Source: Octopus sinensis (lineage: Eukaryota). Taken from it: a DNA stretch of 51,120 nt. How positions within the stretch are numbered: the first letter of the stretch is position 1; each line of letters begins with the position of its first letter. The notes beneath the pieces were generated by a model. That model ran no database searches. It worked only from the letters and a program-made list of their open reading frames with translations, and was not told the origin of the DNA. The stretch lies in NCBI RefSeq assembly GCF_006345805.1, contig NW_021834191.1, forward strand, positions 1 to 51,120, written 5' to 3'. A program made the position numbers and the translations under genes. This document shows, piece by piece, positions 1 to 11,339 of the stretch.

Positions 1-863
1 TCTCAGGTTGATAAAAGATATACATGGTGTCTTACTAAAATTCCGTGGAATCAAGACGACTGGAATTTAGTGATATTTTCTTATGAATGCCGGATTCAGT
101 TAAATCAGATGTCTAGGCAATACATAAGAAGACCCCCTGGATCAAAATTACAGAAAGAATATTCAATTGAAACTGTGAAATTTCCCTTTATCAATTACGA
201 GATGGGGAGCAATTAAAAGCAATGGGCAAAGATCAATTGTCCTTTGCCGAAAAACAGTCAACTCCGCCGAATATCAACGCGTTATAAAAGAAGGATTTGA
301 AAATTTTTATGAAGAAAATTATTTTCTTCAACAAGATGGAGCAACATGTCATACATCAAAATCCACTAGAGCGTTTATGGCCGAAAACAACATAAAACTC
401 ATGGAAAAATGGCCAAGTCAATCTCCTGACCTAAATATAATTGAAAATCTATGGGCAATTTTAAAAAAAGAAGTTAAAAAATGTGGAGCATCAACGATTC
501 AAGAATTATGGAATGAAACAAAGAAGGCCTGGGAAAACATTGATACAGGTGTGGTTATTAAGCTTTTTGAGTCAATTCCAAGAAGAATATCTTTGGTAGT
601 CATAAATAATGGAGGAATGACTAAATATTAAATTTTTGGATAATTTTGTCTTTCGTTATTGAAATGTGCTTCTAACATATGAACGATGTATTATTTTGAG
701 TTTCTTAGTAAATACACATTATAAACTAAATGTGTTCAAAAATTTCAGGTTAAGATTTTTTATTCAGTAGTTTGTTATTAACAAAAAACTTTTTTCAAAA
801 AATGACAAATAAGTGCCTTTTTTAGAGAAAAAATAGGGTGCCTCTAACATTTGGACGGGACTG
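1..863 (+). mobile_element. Tc1/mariner element, 3' part (copy 1; window starts inside it)
   Basis: QQDGATCH and WPSQSPDLNIIENLW DD34E motifs; right TIR ...GGGTGCCTCTAACATTTGGACGGGACTG followed by TA at 864-865; matches 29598-30460. Confidence 0.95.
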
Positions 864-1075
864 TAATTGCCAGTTTTATAATAACCAGGGTTTCTTAGAT
901 GATCGTCAACTCGGTTTTAATAGTTTTCTTGGAAAATAACATTTATTTTTGCCAGAACGGACGTTTTATATCGATCTTTTAGAAAGACTTTTTGAATTGG
1001 GTTAAAAATCAGATACAAGGTCATTTTTTATTAAAGTATTAATGTTAAGAGATTAAAATATAAGTGAAATTAAAG

Positions 1076-3453
1076 TTATTCAGAGTTAGAGTGATATACT
1101 TCATTGAATGACTTCAAATAAAGTTTTATAACTTGAGCGCGTTTAATCTTCATTGTTGGAGTTAATAGTTCATTGGCAGTAGTGAATTCGTTATAATCCA
1201 AGACAAGTCCTTTCACTTGTTCAAATCCAAATAATTTGGCCTCTTTTCCCAGAGCATTTAATTCTTCAATTAAACGGTTTATTACGTCCTAATTTTACCA
1301 ATTTACATTAAAAACCCGGTTTTTTAATAAAGTTGACATTTCGAAAGAAATGGACATTTTTTTTGCAAATTTAACAAGCTGGTCTTGCATTACGATTATC
1401 AAAGCAATCGGATAATCCTTTAGACTGTCCCCGTAAATCATAATTTGGTGGACTAGCGGATGTCTAGCGTAGATTGGTTCGATTTTTTCTGGAGTTATAT
1501 ATTCGCCCTAAATAATGTTGGAATTAAACAACCTGACTAAGTTTGAATATGTTCTTACTCCTATCTATGATTGTATAAGTACCATTCTGAACAAAATACA
1601 AATTGTATCTACCTTGTTTAATCTTGCAATATCTCCGGATTTGAAAAATCCGTCCTCATCAAATGCTTCCTTATTAATTTCAGGTCTCTTATAATACCCA
1701 CTAGTTACATTTGGTCCTCTAATTAAAAGCTAAAATAATAGTAATTTTAATTTCTGTACCTCTCCTGTCCCATCCGAACTGAAATATTCATAATCAGGGC
1801 AGTCCACCAATTTTATCTCAACCCCAGGCATAGGAGCTCCACATTCACCTAACCAAGTTAACACGAAAATGTAGGACCAATTCCGCCGTTTCCCACATTT
1901 TGGAGCAAAGCAGCCGCCGTGGTTTCTGTGAGTCCATATCCCTGAATCAACTAGAATAGAGATGCGATAAAGACCTGGACGCCAAAAACAACGCGGGAAA
2001 ATATCTCCAAGTCTCTAGACATTGGAGCACCCCCGACGACTATATATTCCAATCTCCCGCCAAATTTAGCTTGGATTGAGTGAAAAATTTTATTATAAAA
2101 CCTAGAAGGTTTTAGTTCATTTGTACTGCAAAATAAATTGTGATTTTTTACCGCAAAAGCTGTTCTCGGCGACGGTTGAATGCCCAATTAAATATACTCC
2201 GAACTAAAAAGTTGGAATTCTCAATTTTGTTTAAAATCTTTTCCCTAAATCTATCCAGGACACGCGGGACAGCAATGATCAACTTGGGCTGGACAGCTTG
2301 CAGGTCCGATAACATAAGTTTCAAATCTCCTTGGGAAATGCCAATCCGAACCCCAAGAGTTGTCATAATAAACTAAAAGTAACAAACCAACTAAACCAGG
2401 ACCAAATTTTCAAAGGAGTGTTGATAGGGTAGATACGAGTAATACACCAAACTCTTCAAGTCCATAGGATTATCCTCATATCCCTAATTGTAAGGCAAAT
2501 TCAAGCACAAACCAAAATTTTGATCACAGCCATTACATTAAAAACTATTTGACGATGACATAGTTTGACGCCTTTCGGAACTCCTAAAATATTCAAATGA
2601 ATAACAAAACCAGTGCTGCCACTGGTGTAGAGAATATAAACTAAATCATCTAAATCGGGCTCATCGAATGAGGTGGTCTCGGAGTGACAATCCCCACCAA
2701 GTTCCTTCATTTTGGTCAATATATTAATTTTACCATTAATTCAGAAATCGTGAGAATCTTCACAGAGCCTGCCATCGTTTTTAGTTCCGTGGAAACTGAC
2801 ACGGAAGTAAAAATATGAGAAAAGTTAAATTTGGAGAATTCTAAAAGAGTTTTAATTCGTTCCTCAGTATCACAAAACGCCACAATAGGAGAGGCTGATT
2901 TTGAAAGAGTAAAGTAAACCCTCGTTGATGATATGTTCGATCGAGGTTGGTCCGAGAGAGTCGTATAGAGGGACGATTACATTTCGACGTTTGAATGCAG
3001 CAAAAGTGATCAAAAATGTCTGGATATTAACCAACAAGTACATCTTTTGACATTTTGCTGTATGTCGCCACGAAAGCGTCAGTTCCATGCTTGACCCCCA
3101 ATCGAGTCAAACCAAAAGCACATTTATTGACAAATTCGTCAAACTAAAAAATTGGAAATATTTTAGGAACTTTCCCATATGACAGCCAACTATAAGAATC
3201 GTTTGGAGAAAGTCGATAACCGAGATAATCCCCTTCGTTCCCAGCCCTTTTACGACCAATTTCAAACAATTCCAAAATATTTTTTATTTTCAAATCTTTT
3301 GGATTTTTTAAGTCGATGAACTCAGCCAAGTCTGCGTTAATAGAATAATTATCAGTGACATAATCACAACGCACTCTTGCACCATATTTCTAAATTTTAT
3401 AGCACTGAGGATCAAAAAGTTACGTTTTCTTTTGTAAACATTCTTTGATTCAT
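1076..3453 (-). CDS. ACSL: Long-chain fatty acyl-CoA synthetase (ACSL family), copy 1; 15 GT-AG introns of 22-34 nt; 657 aa
   Basis: Manual splicing gives 2378-404=1974 nt, an open frame from ATG at 3453 to TAA at 1076. Motifs VPLYDSLG, YTSGSTG|VPKG, YLPYQH, GGAP, QGYGLTET, FKSGDI, DRSKNIFKLSQGEYI, LLTPTMKIKR. Confidence 0.95.
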
Positions 3454-3659
3454 TATAACTTATCTTTGAGATTTAATAAATATCTACTATTTACTAGACT
3501 AGAAAAAACAACAATATTTCAAATCTACTAATATGGGAAATTTAGTATCTATTTGAATTTAGTTTTTAAAAGAATATTAAAATATTATATAAATAATAAA
3601 TATTAACAAATTATTTAATTGAATAAATATACTAAAAAATATGAGGAGATTTTATTAAT

Positions 3660-4045
3660 TCTTGCGGAACGTGATATTTATTTCGACTGAGCTCTGTGAA
3701 ACATTACCTGAGGGTCTACCTACGAATCAATTGAAAAGAAAAGCCAGTGAGACCGTAGATGAAGCGGCCCAAGAACTGCCCACTGCCAAAGAATTTGTCT
3801 TATCTCACAACCCTTCTCTTCAAGTAGGCCACGAAAGTCTGCTTACCTTGCAAGCAGTAATCGATCAAGTCAACGAGCATATGACGCAGTGACCCACCGC
3901 GTCAGTAAAAAAAGTGAATTGATCGTAATTATGAACGCAAAGTTTAACAAACTTAAGAAGGAACTCAAACTGGTAACACCACCAACTAATAATTACAAAA
4001 CGAGTAAATAACTGGTTCTCAACCTTTTTTACTCCCTAATATTTA
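3660..4045 (-). mobile_element. Possible decayed hAT remnant
   Basis: Minus frame gives TRW-like text; CTGGTTCTCAACC near 4011 resembles the CAGTGxTTCTCAAC hAT end. Weak support. Confidence 0.3.
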
Positions 4046-4126
4046 ATCGACCCCTTAAAAATTTTTATATACAATAGACAATATTAAGTAATATTTTTAT
4101 ATACAACAGACAATACTAAGCAGACA

Positions 4127-4292
4127 GGAACGACCCCCGTGAACTGATGTGGCCTTTTTGAGCGCATCTCTCTCGCAGTTCTAAGGGGGAACTGTTCCTC
4201 GATCCTCCTCTCGGCTGCGGTTCCGCCTCTTAATTAGTGATTTCTTTACCTTATAACTGTTATTTTGTATAAAAATATTATTTTAAAAAAAA
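4127..4292 (+). mobile_element. 5'-truncated CRE-clade non-LTR retrotransposon 3' end
   Basis: Encodes DPRELMW-FERISLAVLRGNCSSIL (CRE C-terminus); poly-A tail; 9-bp TSD AAGCAGACA (4118-4126 / 4293-4301); empty site in copies 2 and 3. Confidence 0.85.
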
Positions 4293-6944
4293 AAGCAGAC
4301 AATACTAAATAAATTAGTTAATCCTTTATTCTTCAAAGCATATCGTTGAGCAAGACAGAAGAAGATAATCCTCATTATAGTGTCACTATAAAGAACAAGA
4401 TGCATTACTCTAGCTCCTGCATCAAAATGGTCGAGTATACATACAATTTTTTGGTGTTAATCCTATTTAGTTTGCTATTAATCCAATATTGTTTGGTATT
4501 AATCCCGCTTAGTTTTTCTGTTAATTCCACTTAGTTTTCTATTTTTGGTGTTAATTCCATGTCGTATGGGAAATGGTATAAATTCAACAATAAATATGTA
4601 CATCCTGTACAATTAATATATTGAGAAGCATCTACGCGTATTGAAAATTTGACAAAAACTGATTTAAACTCAGTTAACCTGTTTAAAAGGATAAATGAAT
4701 ATGCACTCTCACTTTATAACTATTACATTGGATTGATTGATGTGGAGCCTGGAGAATTTCAGCAGATTGATAAGAATATTCGCCGAATTCGTATGGACAG
4801 ACGTATACATTTCCAACACGCAAACAAAGAAAGATTGTATCTACCAAGAAATAAATTTGGAAGAGGCCTGGAGTCTGTCAGTAATAAAGCTGAACGGATG
4901 CTTCTCCAATTTTATAATGACTTAAAACATCAGGCAAATTACTGCCTGAGAAGAGCAGGAATTCTACGGGTCATTAATTCAAAGAAAACACACATGGCCA
5001 CTATCGTAGAATTCATTTCCAGAAAGTACATTTTTTAACATTCTCGAGAATTGTCTCCAACACTTTTTGTTTTTGTACATTGCTTCCCCGGTCTTCAAGC
5101 ACTCCTAGGTATCGATAGCCTTCGATTCCATCCAGAGTTCTGCAGCTCTCCAATGATTCTAGATTAGTCGCAGACTTCTGAGAGTTCATTTCAAGCCCCG
5201 CAACTTCAAAGTACTCAACAATAATATCCATCATTTTAATGACAGTTTCTTCTTTCTGTGCAAGAATCTTTAGGTCGTCAACAAAATATAGGTGGTTCGT
5301 AGAGTATGCCAACATACTGGGGTCTTCCTGACCAATCGACAGCTTGGGAAATTTGGAATTAAGTATTCTGCTCAGTGGATCCATTACCAGTACGAACAAT
5401 TGTGGGGATAAGGCGTCTCCTTGTAGAATTCCACAATTCAATTTAACAGCCCCAATTCTCTTTTTCCCAAAATGAAGGCAAACTGTCCACCTCCCCACCA
5501 GGCTTTTTATAAAGTTGATTATCCATAAGGGAATTCCCGAGCAGTCCAACACATGAAACAGGAATTCGTGATCCACCGAATCAAAGGCTTTCTTAACATC
5601 CACCCATGATGCACAGAGATTATTGCCATATTCTCGATTTATGCACTGATTGATAAGGGCTTGTTCCTTAGCACCCTGACATTGTCTCCTCGTTCTCAAT
5701 TGATTTTCAGAGACCAAGCCGAACGCATCCACATAGTCAGAGAGTTTGATGTTTACACATTTTGTCACAAGTTTATAGAGAGCAGGCATGCACGTTATTG
5801 GGCGCAAATCATAGGGATTTTCACAAACTTCTTTTTTCGGAATCATGTAAGTGACGCCCGTATAGAACCAGTCTTCAGGGATGTGTTCCTTATTAACTAT
5901 TCTGTTCACTTCCCGACACAGGTATCCATGTAGAGAGTCAAATCTTTTGATGAAGAAATTGTACACTCCATCGCATCCACATGTCTTCCAGTCGTTGGAC
6001 CAATTAATGGTCTGTTTAATGAATTCCTCAGTTAACTTCGAGGGTGCACTCTCGATACCGGTGACCCTCCTGTCCACGAACCCAGCTGGCTTAGGAGGGT
6101 TCTCCTTGGACCAGACCTGCTTCCAAAAGGACAAGCAATCATTGTCACTGAACTCAAACTCAGCGAGCATCTTATCTCCTGATACTTGCCTATAAAATCT
6201 TTTCCGTTTCAACTCAAAGCACCAGTTGTCCTTTCGAAATTCGGTCCTGGATTTATGCATTATGCATCAATATCTTCTTTTCTTTTATTCGAATCATATC
6301 TTGTATGGCCAATCTAATTCTTACCAGTTCCCCCTTTTTCGATTTCTTATACCCATACGCACAGAGAGTGTCAAATAGCACCTTCTTGTCGGCATTAGGT
6401 AATTCTTGTTTCGCATAGAGATTGACAAGATTTAATCTGGCCTGCAAGTTGGATACTTCCTTGTGGATTTTCTCCTTCCAGTCAGAGCCAGTTCTTGTTC
6501 CTTTTGAAAGTTCCAGATATGCACACTGCGCAGCAAAAATTAAATCAGATATATCACTGATATTTTGCGGAGGAGCGGTTTGGGTGAGATGAGATATTGC
6601 CGAATTTAGACAATTAAGTATTTCCCCTTTTATATATTGTCACAGTCGGTTAATGAAACACGCCGTTAATGAAACGCCAATATCAAATTGATAAAATCCA
6701 ATAAAATTCTTTCAATAAAACCAACATACCGTATAAATTTGCGCTAACGTAAGCTTGTTTGACATTTTATTAAATTTAGGGCTATCCATTAATTTTAATT
6801 ATTAAATTTAGGCCTATCCATTAATTTTAATATTGCAAATTTATTATTTTTTTGAAATTTATTATAAATTTAAATTAATTATTCAATTTTAGATAATCTG
6901 GAATGATGAACTCCCTCGATTATCTCCCCATCTTCACTTTGGAT

Positions 6945-7485
6945 CAGTGTTTCTCAACGTTGGGCCCCAGGCCCACTTGTGGGCCTGAGAAATTTTGAAA
7001 TGGGCCTGAAGATTTAATTGGGCCTGGAGTGGGCCTCAAAGAAAATATGTTATACTAATACTAATAAATCTTTATTCGTTATTATTTTCAAATTGATTTG
7101 ATTTGTTTTTAATTTAATGATATCAAATTTCGGAATCATGTAAGTGACTGTAACTGTGCTCACAGGAACAGCCAGTACACCAGGCTACGCATGTGCGCTG
7201 GCAGAAGAAAGGAAGTTGACGAAGTACGCTGTGCTTCCGAACGTCGTTGAGTTTGTCCCCTCTAGCCTTTGAGACCGGTCGGTGTGGTTGGAAGAAGGTA
7301 AAATCTGTTACGGGTTGTGGGAGGAAGAATCTCACAGAATACAAATGACCGAGGGAGACGAGCTGGCTTTTCCCAGCGCATCTCGGTTGCAATTCTCGCG
7401 GAACTGCCTCTATCCGCAGTGCTTCGTCGTCGGACTAAACCCTTAATTCTCTATTAATTAACTTGACTGTATTAAAGTATCTATT

Positions 7486-7577
<92 letters not shown>

Positions 7578-9560
7578 AATGATATTGTCATATTTAAATT
7601 TAAATATTATAGGCTGATTGTATAGTTCATGTCAAAAGTACACAAGGAAAAAAGGAAGACTACACGCAAATACCAGACTGATTTTTTATTACTAGGCTTC
7701 ATCCCATCAAGTGCTGATTCTAAGAGGCCTGAATGTGTGGACTGTGGCTTAGTAATGACAATGTTTCCATGAAGAAATCAAAATTGTTCGCCCATCAACA
7801 GTTGAAGCATCCTGCTTCTGTTGGAAAGGAGCGCAGCTATTTCAGGAAGAAAGTGGAGTTACGCCAAAAGAATGCTCCAAAAACTTTAGAATTCTGCTTA
7901 AAAAAAGCAATGAGCATAATAACAAGAACACTAAAAGTCAGTTATGCAGTGAGTGAACTGGTTGCTAAGGTGGGGAAGCCACATACAATTGCAGAACGTC
8001 TGGTGAAGCCAGCAATGTTGATCTGTGCTAAAGAACTGCTAGGAGAACAGGCTGCCAACATTCTACAAAAATCCCATTGTCTAATGACACAGTGAAGAGA
8101 AGGCAAATTGAAATGGCAGAAAACCTCGAGAAACAGCTTGTGGAAAAATTAAAAGTTTCTAAGTTCTCACTACAATTGATGAGACAACAATCAACAATTC
8201 TGCCTTATTACTTACTTATGTCCGATATATTGATGCAATGGCAATTCATGAAGAAATGTTTATTTATAAAGTTGATTGACACACGAAGCGACACTATATA
8301 TGCGGCTGTTTACGACTATCTGTACGATAATGGGATCCTCTGTCAAATCTGTTGCAGATTGCAACAGACGGTGCCAGCGCTATGACCGGCAAACAGAATG
8401 GCTTTGTAGCTAATTAAAAAAGTTGCCCTCATATATTGGCAATTCATTGCATCATCCATCGAGAACATCTTTGTGCTAAATCTCTCAATGATGACATGGA
8501 ACATGCATTGAAAGTCGCTGTTTCAACAGTGAATTTTGTCAAAGCCAATGCTTTGCATGACCGCCTATTTCAACATTTATGTGAACATGAGGACCACCAG
8601 AGACTCCTCATGCACACTGAAGTGAGATGGCTTTCCAAAGGAAATTCCCTAGTTCGTCTTGCTGAAATGTGGGATATGTTCTTATTTTTGTTCATGACAT
8701 GAAACCAAGCTTGTAGCAAGCAGAAACAAAAGATAAAGCTGAGACTTTGTTTTCAGTGATAAATAACAACGATACAAAAGCAAGGATTTTTTACCTGGCT
8801 GACTTATTCGCACATGTCAACCAACTGAACATGACACTGCAAGGGCGAAATGCTAATCTGATAGATAGTGCTGAGAAAGTACGCTCTTTTTTGAACAAGT
8901 TATGTCTCTGGAAGATGCATCTTCAAAAAAATGAATTTGCTTATTTTTGTAATTTTGCCAAAACTGCTCCGAGCTCAGAGTAATCGCAAGCTGCACTGAC
9001 CACTTGAAATGCTTGAAAGAAGATATGACTAGAAGATTTAAAGATATCATCGAAATGAATCCGCCTAGTTGGATTATAGATATAGCACATTTTGACGTAT
9101 TAAGTGAAAAAGACATTGATCCTATTATTGCTGAGAACTTCTTGAACTGAAGGAGAACAAAGTATTAATGAAAAATATTGAAAGGGATGGCTTATATGGA
9201 TGGATGAAAGTAGAATCGATTCATCCATTACTCTTTGAAAAAGTTGTTTGTTTGTACTGCTTTTCCACCACTTGGTTGGAAGACAGGATTTTCTGCAACA
9301 AACGATTTACTCACAAAAAACGCAATCATTGCAGATTGAGAGAGAGGAGACTTACGTTTGAGGTTGAACCAAGATCTGGAAATTCAACTTGACAAATTGA
9401 TAGATAGACATCAAGAGCAGTGTAGTCATTGACATTTTAATAAGATTTTTTATGTTAATAAAAATACTTTTTTGTTAATCAAGTTTATTAAAGGCAATGG
9501 GCCTGAGATTTTATATGACCCTGAAATGGGCCTCAGGGAAAAAAAGGTTGAGAAACACTG
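6945..9560 (+). mobile_element. hAT transposon (ZBED5/SCAND3/Buster-like), frameshifted transposase
   Basis: TIRs CAGTGTTTCTCAAC / GTTGAGAAACACTG; 8-bp TSD CTTTGGAT; subterminal TGGGCC repeats; motifs HCIIHREHL, HTEVRWLSKG, YLADLF, LQG. Confidence 0.95.
7124..7572 (+). mobile_element. 5'-truncated CRE-clade retrotransposon 3' end with an 85-nt poly-A tail
   Basis: Encodes ALAEERKLTKY...FVPLAFET...RETSWLF (REL-endonuclease tail, with frameshifts); poly-A at 7490-7574; 13-bp TSD AATTTAATGATAT (7111-7123 / 7573-7585). Confidence 0.85.
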
Positions 9561-10849
9561 CTTTGGATCTTATATATATTGTTTGCTTCCTCCAGAACTT
9601 TGAATTTTCTTATTTCGACTCCATTAAACAAAGGAAATTTTCTTATGTTTGCATCGTTATCTTGTCTTGAAATTAAATTAAGACAAATTCAACTTTAATA
9701 ATACCTGAGCTCCAATTTCAATGGCTCCCTCATCAAATCTCCACTTTTTTCGTTGCACCATTTTTTCACCAGCATTTATTAAATTCACGTATGCTTGCAT
9801 GGTGCACAACGAGAAATTACACGCTGTATCTCTTCCCTTGTGACTCCATAAATCAATCTTCTCAGCTTTGAGAATAAGCGGTCCCGTCCAAAGTGATTAA
9901 GATTATGTTCCGCCTAAATTATATTGAGATAAATTCTACTTCAATAAATTTAAGCTTCAGCTCCATTTCATCCTCGCAAAAAAATGCAATTTTAGACCAG
10001 TTCTATTGTAGAATACAACTCCATTTTCGAATGTAAAAGATTCAGATAGTTTTCTGATTCTGAACCTTTCGAGGCGGCTCATGCTATCTGGAAATCCAAT
10101 TTCTGAATTTTCTTCTTTGATATTTTGTATAATACTGAGAATTTCTTTAGTTAGTCTCACTATCCGCATACTATCACGCTTCTTAATTTAAACCTTAAAA
10201 ATTGGATTTTATTAAAATTAATAACTAATTAATCTTTTCCAATGACGATTTGTAATAATTTATCTTTTTTCGATTTTTTGTCAATTTGATGTTGGCGTTT
10301 CATTAACGGCGTGTTTCTTTATCGGACTGTGACATATATTTTCGTAGTAGCTTGGGTGTGGGCACTCGGGCTTCTCTTGGGACCTCCTTGATTCTCTCCA
10401 ATTGAAACTTTAACTCACCCAGATACTTCCCGAACATAGATACATCAATCTTCGAAAATTTAGATTGGTCAACTTCTTCAACTTCAGCTCTCTTGTCAAA
10501 CTTCCGGGGCTTCAGCATTGATTTGACTTGACCAACACGCAGATCTTTAGAGAATTTGGAGTTGAACTTCCCAGCGATGACTTTCCACCCACCTCTTGGG
10601 ATCCTGCGCAACCGTTGCTTTGTGACTCGCACAATTTCGGACACCCATGCACTTTCAGAGGAGCAATTGGCTTCACTTATGATCGCGTTGAGAGAGTGCA
10701 GGTTTGTTGGCATATTCCCAGAACCTGCAGGATCACGAAAAGTTTCTCTTGTGACTTCGTCCAGCCCTAGAGCCAGTTATCCTGCGCCCGCCAAATCACT
10801 TTTGCTTAAAGATAGATTTAACATTTTTAGAGTTTCATCAATGCTTGAT

Positions 10850-11292
10850 GAGTATTTACAATACCACAATTCTTCAAAGGCTTTGATGAACGTGGAAATT
10901 TTTAATGAATGGTTTTATAATTAGAATAAAACTCTCAAACGAAAACAAAGAAAGATACTTTTGGTTGTAGACTATTGTCCTTCTCATAAAATAACAATCG
11001 AATTAAGTATGGTAGAAGTTTTATATTTGCCAAAAACACGACTACTGTGTTTCAACCGATGGATCAAGGAATCATTAGATCATTCAAATCGCATTTCAAC
11101 AAATTTAAATTTAAACATATAATTGAAAAAATAAATAACGGTGAAGCAAATATTGAATGCAAATTAAAAATTAATGCTGAAAGACGGAGTCTTATTTTCT
11201 TAATTGCCTGGAAAAATGTGTCGGTGGATACAATATCAAAATGTTTTCAGCACGCGAAATGGGAAAAATCCATCGTAGGGCCTATTAAGTGA
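10850..11292 (+). mobile_element. pogo/Tigger DDE_1 transposase fragment
   Basis: KILLVVDYCPSH, YLPK, FQPMDQGIIRSFKSHF, AWKNVSVDTISKCF. Confidence 0.85.
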
Positions 11293-11339
11293 AACTACTT
11301 CTCGATTTGATCACTCCCATTCTTCCCCTTGCATACATC

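Larger units (their letters stand above)
6638..10334 (-). mobile_element. Ginger2/TDD-like integrase DNA transposon (non-autonomous, catalytic core deleted), carrying a nested hAT
   Basis: About 55-bp TIRs TGTCACAGTC...GACTGTGACA; 5-bp TSD TATAT. HHCC (AEHNLNHFGRD...CAPC) and C-terminal integrase segments at about 9570-10169 and 6880-6944; tiny introns at 9914-9939 and 9666-9693. Confidence 0.85.
4634..10830 (-). mobile_element. R4/Dong-like non-LTR retrotransposon (single ORF, RT), interrupted by a nested insertion at 6638-10334; post-RT segment 4634-5034 is inverted
   Basis: RT motifs DLRPITCMPALYK, DVKKAFDSV, GILQGDALSP, YFVDDL, YRYLG. The N-terminal ORF at 10335-10713 joins in frame to 6637 and below once the insert is removed. 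The plus-strand piece TRIENLTKTDLNSVNLFKRINEYA...RLYLPRNKFGRGL is the downstream continuation. Confidence 0.9.

Noticed and set aside
1076-3453. ACSL, EFTUD2 and COG3 as fragmented pseudogenes, or evidence of stop-codon reassignment
   Set aside because: All in-frame stops fall inside GT/GC-AG introns whose removal gives full open frames under the standard code.
3662-3892. 76-aa plus-strand ORF repeated in all three blocks as a divergent partner gene
   Set aside because: It has a non-ATG start and no introns or motifs. Its conservation only reflects the duplication, and it more likely overlaps a TE remnant.
10735-10800. HDV-like ribozyme at the 5' end of the R4-like LINE
   Set aside because: I could not establish the nested double-pseudoknot pairings by eye; a covariance-model search would be needed.
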